Shown here piece by piece: positions 1-5,558 of a DNA stretch of 38,923 nt. This DNA is from a virus (Duplodnaviria > Caudoviricetes), in the IMG/VR virus record IMGVR_UViG_3300020045_005222, positions 1 through 38,923 of that record. One strand, given 5' to 3'. The first letter of the stretch is position 1; each line of letters opens with the position of its first letter. The notes under the pieces are model-generated. The model had not been told where the DNA came from. It saw nothing but the letters and a program-made list of their open reading frames with translations, and made no database searches. Made by a program: the position numbers and the translations under genes.

Positions 1-121
1 GAATGCGTTGGATTTAATTTGTTGCAGAAAGTACCCAAAGGCATTTCCATTTTAGAAGCCAAAACGCCCTTGTTTAGCTTCCATTTTTCTACGATTTCTT
101 GTATCATCGGTTAGTTGTTTA
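1..121. repeat. Terminal direct repeat (121 bp), left copy; probably an assembly overlap of a circular contig
   Basis: Bases 1-121 are identical to 38803-38923. The junction lies inside an IS, and the ORFs read through it. Confidence 0.95.
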
Positions 122-1032
122 TAAGTTAAATGAACATTGATATTATTAAGCATTGCATCAAATCTGAAACTTTCAGTATATTGACGTGTGTTGTATCTGA
201 AAACAAATTCATCTACATATTGTTGTAAATGTTTGTCGCTCATTGAGTGGTAAATTCCAATTGTACCACGTTTCAATAAACTCCAAAAACCCTCTAAAGT
301 ATTAGTATGCGTATCGCCACTAACATATTCGCCTTTATTGTGTTTTACAAATTTATGTTTGAATGATTGTGCCAAACCTTTGTAGCCCCACCATTCGTCA
401 GTATGTAATTTACTGCCAAACTCTAAATTTTTGTAAACGAACTGGCGTAAATTGTAACCTCTTGTATCGGGAACTTTCTTTGCTCTTAATTCGCCACCAC
501 GTTCAACTATTCCTGCAACTGCTGATTTAGTTTTAACGCTACGCCCTTGCGTTCCATCGGTTTGTTTTGCTTTGTGCTTATTGGCTTCTTTTCCACCGAT
601 AAAAGTTTCATCCGCTTCACAAACTCCACTTAATTTTTCATCAGAAGTATGTAACCCGAAAGTAAATCTAACTCTGTGAAGCATAAACCACGCTGTTTTT
701 TGAGTTACACCCAAATCTCTATGCAATTGTAAAGATGAAATTCCTTTTTTATGTGAAGTGATTAAGTAGATAGCGGCAAACCATTTTTGCAATGGTATTT
801 TGCTATCTTCAAAAATAGTTCCAACACGAACCGAAAACTGTTTTCTACATTTCGCACACTTGTAAACTTTTCCGTTTGAAAAACTATACGCTTTATCGTG
901 CTTACAATCTGCATAAGGACAAACTACACCGTTTTCCCAACGTATCATTGCTAAATATTCGTTGCAAGTTTTTTCATCCTTGAAATAAGTAATCAACTGT
1001 AATAAGTTTGTGAATTTCTGTAACGCTACCAT
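52..1032 (-). CDS. IS1595-family (ISXO2-like) DDE transposase
   Basis: N-terminal zinc ribbon (CPYADC...YKCAKC), then motifs EADETFIGG, HTDEWWGY, HTNTLEGFWS.LKR and YVDEFVFRYN. Start placed at ATG 1032 (MVALQKF) rather than 1080. Confidence 0.95.
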   Translation of the reverse strand: MVALQKFTNLLQLITYFKDEKTCNEYLAMIRWENGVVCPYADCKHDKAYSFSNGKVYKCAKCRKQFSVRVGTIFEDSKIPLQKWFAAIYLITSHKKGISSLQLHRDLGVTQKTAWFMLHRVRFTFGLHTSDEKLSGVCEADETFIGGKEANKHKAKQTDGTQGRSVKTKSAVAGIVERGGELRAKKVPDTRGYNLRQFVYKNLEFGSKLHTDEWWGYKGLAQSFKHKFVKHNKGEYVSGDTHTNTLEGFWSLLKRGTIGIYHSMSDKHLQQYVDEFVFRYNTRQYTESFRFDAMLNNINVHLTYKQLTDDTRNRRKMEAKQGRFGF

Positions 1033-1141
1033 ATCTTTTAATTTGATAGTGTAAAGATACAACAAAATAATTAATATCAATTATTTATTTAGATTTATTT
1101 TTGCTTTAATATCAATATTTTAAAGAACTTATGATTTTTTA

Positions 1142-1168
1142 TTTGGGTTGAATAAATATATAGTTACC
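1142..1168. repeat. IS terminal inverted repeat, upstream of the transposase (27 bp)
   Basis: TTTGGGTTGAATAAATATATAGTTACC, a perfect inverted match to 37584-37610. Confidence 0.95.
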
Positions 1169-1176
1169 CTCTATTT
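1169..1176. repeat. 8 bp target-site duplication CTCTATTT (other copy at 37576-37583)
   Basis: The same 8-mer directly abuts both IRs. 8 bp duplications are typical of the IS1595 family. Confidence 0.92.
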
Positions 1177-1208
1177 TTAAGTTATTGTTAAAGGTTGGTT
1201 ATTTCTTG

Positions 1209-1430
1209 TTACGATTTAATTGTAATGTGTATTTCAACCGATTTCTTACATTTTGCCGAACCTAATTCGTATTTACCACTCGCATGATGTTGGTGGCTTA
1301 TGTCTAAATCAGCAGCTTCATCATCATAAAAATAATCTGAATAGTAATGTATTGGGAAATCAGCTAGCGCATCCACACCATAAACTTCTTCTTTTTTGAA
1401 TCTCATTATTTCGGTCGCTATGATTTTCAT
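1209..1430 (-). CDS. Hypothetical phage protein (73 aa)
   Basis: ORF co-oriented with the early-gene run; no motif recognised. Confidence 0.6.
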   Translation of the reverse strand: MKIIATEIMRFKKEEVYGVDALADFPIHYYSDYFYDDEAADLDISHQHHASGKYELGSAKCKKSVEIHITIKS

Positions 1431-1448
1431 ATCTTCTAATTGTTAAAG

Positions 1449-1622
1449 TTAATTGAATTTATAATTGAAATTTTGTTTAACCTCGTTTGCTCTTGTTTTA
1501 AAACTCGAATGCTTTAAATCTACAATCATTAATCTTTGTTGGATTAAATCAAAATCTACGTTATCCGGTATTATCCCGAAACATTTTGCGTACCATTTGT
1601 AAAACGCTCTAAATTCTTTCAT
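1449..1622 (-). CDS. Small hypothetical protein (57 aa, MKEFRAFYKW...), not in the ORF track
   Basis: Translated by hand; its start overlaps the upstream stop (ATGA). Confidence 0.55.
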   Translation of the reverse strand: MKEFRAFYKWYAKCFGIIPDNVDFDLIQQRLMIVDLKHSSFKTRANEVKQNFNYKFN

Positions 1623-1759
1623 CTTTTAATTGGTTTGTTTAAAATCTTTTTGTTTGGATCGGTTTTCGTAACGTTTTCAAAAACGCCTTGATTCCTATCC
1701 ATTATCTTACATAGTAAAATAAAGTTGTTTACGTGGAATATTTGATTTGTGGTTTTCAT
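1619..1759 (-). CDS. Small hypothetical protein (46 aa, MKTTNQIF...), not in the ORF track
   Basis: Translated by hand; TAATG coupling upstream and ATGA coupling downstream. Confidence 0.55.
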   Translation of the reverse strand: MKTTNQIFHVNNFILLCKIMDRNQGVFENVTKTDPNKKILNKPIKR

Positions 1760-2133
1760 TAGTAGAAGTTTGATGGTTTAGTTCCAGTTTCTTTGTACAT
1801 ATCCCGATAACGTACTGGTTCGCTGTCGTAATTTTCATCGGCTGCAATTTCGCCTTTTTGCTCAATCAATAAATCTTCAACTAATTTAAGTTGTTTTGCG
1901 GTTATTTTTAAGTCAATCCAATTACCATTAACAGTAAATCCGAAACGCTCAATCTCGACGTTCCCATCGATTAATAGAGCGTATATTTCGTGAGTTTCAA
2001 CTTTAGAGTAAAATCCGAAGTCGTTAACGCTGTCGTTAATTTCATTTTTTCTAGCTTTGATTAAAGCGTTGAATACGCTATCTGAAATGTTTTGCGTTGG
2101 CGAAGTTGCTTTGAATAAGTCTTGTGTAGTCAT
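1759..2133 (-). CDS. Hypothetical early protein (124 aa)
   Basis: First ORF after the promoter at 2156-2185. Confidence 0.75.
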   Translation of the reverse strand: MTTQDLFKATSPTQNISDSVFNALIKARKNEINDSVNDFGFYSKVETHEIYALLIDGNVEIERFGFTVNGNWIDLKITAKQLKLVEDLLIEQKGEIAADENYDSEPVRYRDMYKETGTKPSNFY

Positions 2134-2155
2134 AATTTCTAAGTGTTTTGTTATG

Positions 2156-2185
2156 CAAATATAAACCTTTTTATTTAATTACAAA
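2156..2185 (-). promoter_or_regulatory. Bacteroidota sigma70-type promoter (TTTG ... TATATTTG) for the early genes
   Basis: -7 element TATATTTG at 2156-2163 and TTTG at 2182-2185, 18 nt apart. Confidence 0.7.
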
Positions 2186-2216
2186 ACTTTTCTTTTGTTT
2201 TTTTATGTTTTGTTAC

Positions 2217-2290
2217 AAAAAAATCCCCAATCGGTTATGACTGGGGACTAACAAAACTTAACTGAAAACAAAAATTACACTTCAAAGATA
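2217..2290 (-). ncRNA. Candidate small RNA unit 2 (promoter, about 30 nt U-rich segment, intrinsic terminator)
   Basis: TATCTTTG at 2283-2290; hairpin TCCCCAGTC/GATTGGGGA (2224-2247) followed by a T-run; no ORF. Confidence 0.5.
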
Positions 2291-2292
2291 AA

Positions 2293-2374
2293 CAAAAAAG
2301 GGTTAACCGCTTAAGTTCAACCCTTTTTTTTCAATCAACCCAAAACCATGAATAAAATTTACATTTCAAATATA
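2293..2374 (-). ncRNA. Candidate small RNA unit 1 (promoter, about 30 nt U-rich segment, intrinsic terminator)
   Basis: TATATTTG at 2367-2374; hairpin AAAAAAGGGTT/AACCCTTTTTT (2294-2331); no ORF. The hairpin may also terminate the lysis operon. Confidence 0.5.
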
Positions 2375-2398
2375 GGAATTAATTTTGAATAAACTAAT

Positions 2399-3103
2399 TT
2401 ATTTCGTAATTAATAAATAACCGCTTACTGCTCCAACAACCATAGTGCTGTACTTCCAAAAGTTCTTTTTACGTCTTTCGCTCCGAACTTGTCTTTCAAT
2501 ATCTTTAATCGCTAAGTCTTTTTCACTATTTGCGTTTTCGTAAGCTGATGAAATATTATTGATTGATATTTTTAAGGTATCAATAGTTTTATTTGCGACT
2601 TCATATTTTTCATTCGTGGCGATCAATTGGTTTTTCAATATCGGAGTATCGTATTTTAAACCATCGTATTTAATCAATTCCGAAATTACCAATCTACTAA
2701 CATTGTCTTTTATCGCTATCGTAGTTGTGTCGATTGATTTCACGCCCTCGTTTAACGAAAACCTATCTAAGTAGTAATTCGCTATATCTGAATTATTATA
2801 ACTCTTTAAAACAGCTAATTTTGAATTAACCGATTTTTGGGAGTTGGTTAATTTGTTTTGATAGTCTTTAACTTGGTTCTCTAATTCCGATACTTTTAAC
2901 TTATAGTTTTCAATTACGGTTTTCGATTTGTCGGTTTCGCTTCTTGCAGTTCCTAAATGTTCTTTTGCTTTATCTTTGTGAGTTTCCGCTAAAGAAGTTT
3001 GAGAACCTTTGCACGTCATCATTAAAAAGATAATCATTAAAGACACGATTAAAAGTAACTTCCAAATATTCCGTTCTATCCAAAGTGCGTTTAATTTTCT
3101 CAT
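2399..3103 (-). CDS. Putative spanin (N-terminal hydrophobic segment plus Cys, coiled coil, C-terminal hydrophobic segment)
   Basis: Directly after the endolysin with ATGA overlap; LLLIVSLMIIFLMMTC; heptad-like helical middle; C-terminal RRKK...MVVGAVSGYLLI. Confidence 0.6.
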   Translation of the reverse strand: MRKLNALWIERNIWKLLLIVSLMIIFLMMTCKGSQTSLAETHKDKAKEHLGTARSETDKSKTVIENYKLKVSELENQVKDYQNKLTNSQKSVNSKLAVLKSYNNSDIANYYLDRFSLNEGVKSIDTTTIAIKDNVSRLVISELIKYDGLKYDTPILKNQLIATNEKYEVANKTIDTLKISINNISSAYENANSEKDLAIKDIERQVRSERRKKNFWKYSTMVVGAVSGYLLITK

Positions 3104-3645
3104 ATCATCGCATCGTATTTGATTACAATGTCAGCAATTTCTTTAGCTAAACCCTCTTTGTTTTCGTGGTAAGCGTTTAAATCATTTATATTTGAAATAA
3201 AACATAACTCCAATAAACAAACTATTCCGTTTTCACGCATCAATGCTAAACGCCCACGATGACTTTGGCTTTCATTGATTACACCACGGCTTTTTATTCC
3301 TAATCGAAAGGCTGTTTTTTCAACCAATTCTTTTGCAAAAGCATAGTCCAGTCTGTCCGCATCACTTCCGACTAAAGACGTTGTTCCGGTTGCCGTTGGC
3401 TTGTCAGAAGCATCAAAATGAAACTCCAACACAACGGATGCGCTTCCCGTTTTTATTCGCTCTAAATACTGCCCTAGCCGCTCATCGTCGTTATCCGAAA
3501 CATACGGAGCGTTTTTCTTTTTAAGTTCGGCAATTACAAGGTTTCTAAACTCTACTGCCAAATCGGCTTCGTGGTATCCGTTGCCAACTGCTCCCGGATC
3601 AATTTTAATTCCTTTCGGGTTATGCCCCGCTGAGATAAATATCAT
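3100..3645 (-). CDS. Endolysin, N-acetylmuramoyl-L-alanine amidase (Amidase_3 type)
   Basis: Zinc-binding and catalytic motifs IFISAGH...DPGA...E, EFHFD and LLELCFISN. Confidence 0.92.
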   Translation of the reverse strand: MIFISAGHNPKGIKIDPGAVGNGYHEADLAVEFRNLVIAELKKKNAPYVSDNDDERLGQYLERIKTGSASVVLEFHFDASDKPTATGTTSLVGSDADRLDYAFAKELVEKTAFRLGIKSRGVINESQSHRGRLALMRENGIVCLLELCFISNINDLNAYHENKEGLAKEIADIVIKYDAMI

Positions 3646-3662
3646 AATTTTAGGTTTTAATG

Positions 3663-3989
3663 TTAAATTCTTGCTTTAGCCAAAGTTAATAACACTTGTC
3701 TGTGATTTGCAATACATTCTTTTTTATTCCAATAACTTTCAGATGATGACCAGCTTTTTGTCCCCTCAGTATTCCAAACTTTCCAACGGTGTTGAAACCA
3801 TTTTCTTTTCACTTCAATTGGCTGGTTATCCAAAGCTATTTCAAGTTCAACAGCATCTAATTCCGCAAGAGCCTGATTTAAGAAACTTCTTTTAGAGTAT
3901 GCGATTATTTCACCGTTTCCGGCATACGCATACCAACGATACTTTTTTGTTTTTTCGTTTAGAACAAATTCCAATTTTTCTCTTGCCAT
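3663..3989 (-). CDS. YegP/DUF1508-like tandem-domain protein
   Basis: KYRWYAYAGNGEIIAYS, and a second repeat RWKVW...SSESYWNKKECI, match the YegP pattern (RW.L.A.NGE.I..SE.Y). Confidence 0.7.
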   Translation of the reverse strand: MAREKLEFVLNEKTKKYRWYAYAGNGEIIAYSKRSFLNQALAELDAVELEIALDNQPIEVKRKWFQHRWKVWNTEGTKSWSSSESYWNKKECIANHRQVLLTLAKARI

Positions 3990-4006
3990 AATTTTTGAGT
4001 TTTAAG

Positions 4007-4102
4007 TTAGTCTATTTTTTCAGCAGTAACGATAGCATACCATCCAATTACTAAGGCAATTGCAAAGTAAACTATCAATCCGATTATTAAATTTTGTGAC
4101 AT
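4007..4102 (-). CDS. 31 aa single-pass membrane peptide (MSQNLIIGLIVYFAIALVIGWYAIVTAEKID), not in the ORF track
   Basis: Translated by hand; one hydrophobic helix; TATCTTTG promoter element 20 nt upstream. Confidence 0.6.
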   Translation of the reverse strand: MSQNLIIGLIVYFAIALVIGWYAIVTAEKID

Positions 4103-4122
4103 AATTTTAATGTTTTGAAAAC

Positions 4123-4130
4123 CAAAGATA
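4123..4130 (-). promoter_or_regulatory. Internal -7 promoter element TATCTTTG in the lysis cassette
   Basis: Matches TAnnTTTG in an intergenic gap; no clear -33 element. Confidence 0.45.
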
Positions 4131-4138
4131 TGAAAAAT

Positions 4139-4519
4139 TTATTCTAATCTCTTTCTACTTTCTTCAAATTCATTTTTAGGCATTTCTTGTAACGCTTGTC
4201 CAAACATAAAGTTTTCTAGTTCTTTCCTTTTTATTTCAACTTCTTTATTGTCGTTTTCAATAATCAAAGTTCTGATTTGTTGCGCTTGTAACTTCCTTTC
4301 TCCACTAGATTTGTGAAAGTAAAAAAATATTTTTAACCCAAAATAAATTAACCCAGCAATTGAAAATAACGCCTTGATTTCGTTATCTACATTTGAGAAA
4401 ATTAAATTTACGTTTGTGAAAGTGATTACAACTAATTCAATTAATGACAACCCCCAAACGAAACAAAATATTGAATCAATAGCGATATAAACTTGCTTCA
4501 TTTTATGCGTCTGGTTCAT
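4139..4519 (-). CDS. Putative holin or membrane protein (2 TM segments plus a charged C-terminal coil)
   Basis: Two hydrophobic stretches; lies upstream of the endolysin. Confidence 0.55.
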   Translation of the reverse strand: MNQTHKMKQVYIAIDSIFCFVWGLSLIELVVITFTNVNLIFSNVDNEIKALFSIAGLIYFGLKIFFYFHKSSGERKLQAQQIRTLIIENDNKEVEIKRKELENFMFGQALQEMPKNEFEESRKRLE

Positions 4520-4715
4520 CTGTTAAAAACACTTCGATTGAACTCATTACAGCAGATATACCAACCCTTAGAACTAGCATTATCAAACTATTGTCTGTAT
4601 ATCCAATTCCTAACATTATAACAATTGTAGCATCGGATATTAAAGTAACCGCCTTACGTAGTTTTCTAAACCACACAGGTGTATTTTTGTTGATGTTTTT
4701 TAAAACCTTTGTCAT
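4503..4715 (-). CDS. Putative holin (small membrane protein)
   Basis: Basic N-terminus with TPVWFRKL, two hydrophobic segments, first gene of the lysis region. Confidence 0.55.
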   Translation of the reverse strand: MTKVLKNINKNTPVWFRKLRKAVTLISDATIVIMLGIGYTDNSLIMLVLRVGISAVMSSIEVFLTDEPDA

Positions 4716-4775
4716 TTTTTAATTTTTATTGTTGTTTTTTCTGTAGCGTGTCGATTAATATTTTAGGTATCATTT

Positions 4776-5558
4776 TTAAACGTTTAATAGTTCTTCTGTT
4801 TTAGTAGATAGTCTTTCGGCTATCAATTTCATTCCGTCATAATCCCAATGGTTTAAATCTCTTAATGTTGCGTCTGTACATGGTATTAAATAACAATTAT
4901 CAACTTCGGTACAAATTGCTGTAATACTATCGTTGTAATTTGCTCCCGATGAACCAGCCATTATTTCAACAAATAAGAAAGGCGTATCTGCTCCCATAAT
5001 AGTCCTTAATTCGGCTATATGTGCTATTGTATCGCCTTTCCACGTTACCTCGTTTGTTCCTGCAATAGCATCATTAATCCCTTGTGTGTACCAAATAATA
5101 GGCTTTGGTGTTTTACCTTCCGATGTCAGAATGTCAACAGCAGCCTCGTAGCGTGCTATCAGCTTGTTTAAATAAGCACCACCTACATTCCATTGCGCTA
5201 TTGTTGACGCTCCTTGACCTGTTTTAACTAAATAAACTTGTGATTCAGTTGCAAAAAAATTATCTTCAACACAATTTGCTAGTCCTAATTCCCACCCATG
5301 TGATGTATTATCTACAAATCCTACGTGGTCTTGTAAATTATTAACCGTAACGTGCAAATCTTCAAAGAGTAAAGTATATTCGTCTAATTTTTGAACGCTA
5401 CTCCGTGCCGATTTTTCATAGGTTGTAGCGTCCGCATTATCTGCATAACCACCTGAATTACTTTCACCGCTAAACACGATTAAAAACACCTCATTTAAGG
5501 TTGATGTTCCTGTAGCGTTTGAAATAGCCTTACTACTTAAAATTGACATTATCCCCAT
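4776..5558 (-). CDS. SGNH hydrolase of the sialate O-acetylesterase/SASA (CE6-like) type, possibly virion-associated
   Basis: SGESNS (GQSN-like), G.GAS.I..W, WYTQGINDA and DLNHW (DxxH); translationally coupled to the tail fibre gene. Confidence 0.8.
   Translation of the reverse strand: MGIMSILSSKAISNATGTSTLNEVFLIVFSGESNSGGYADNADATTYEKSARSSVQKLDEYTLLFEDLHVTVNNLQDHVGFVDNTSHGWELGLANCVEDNFFATESQVYLVKTGQGASTIAQWNVGGAYLNKLIARYEAAVDILTSEGKTPKPIIWYTQGINDAIAGTNEVTWKGDTIAHIAELRTIMGADTPFLFVEIMAGSSGANYNDSITAICTEVDNCYLIPCTDATLRDLNHWDYDGMKLIAERLSTKTEELLNV

Larger units (their letters stand above)
1..1168 (-). mobile_element. IS1595-family insertion sequence, transposase-containing part (continues across the junction from 37584)
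   Basis: Contains an ISXO2-type transposase. Ends in a 27 bp IR (1142-1168) followed by the 8 bp target duplication CTCTATTT (1169-1176). Confidence 0.95.

Noticed and set aside
1-121. Biological terminal repeat of the virion DNA
   Set aside because: It lies inside a recently inserted IS and within coding sequence, so an assembly overlap is more parsimonious.
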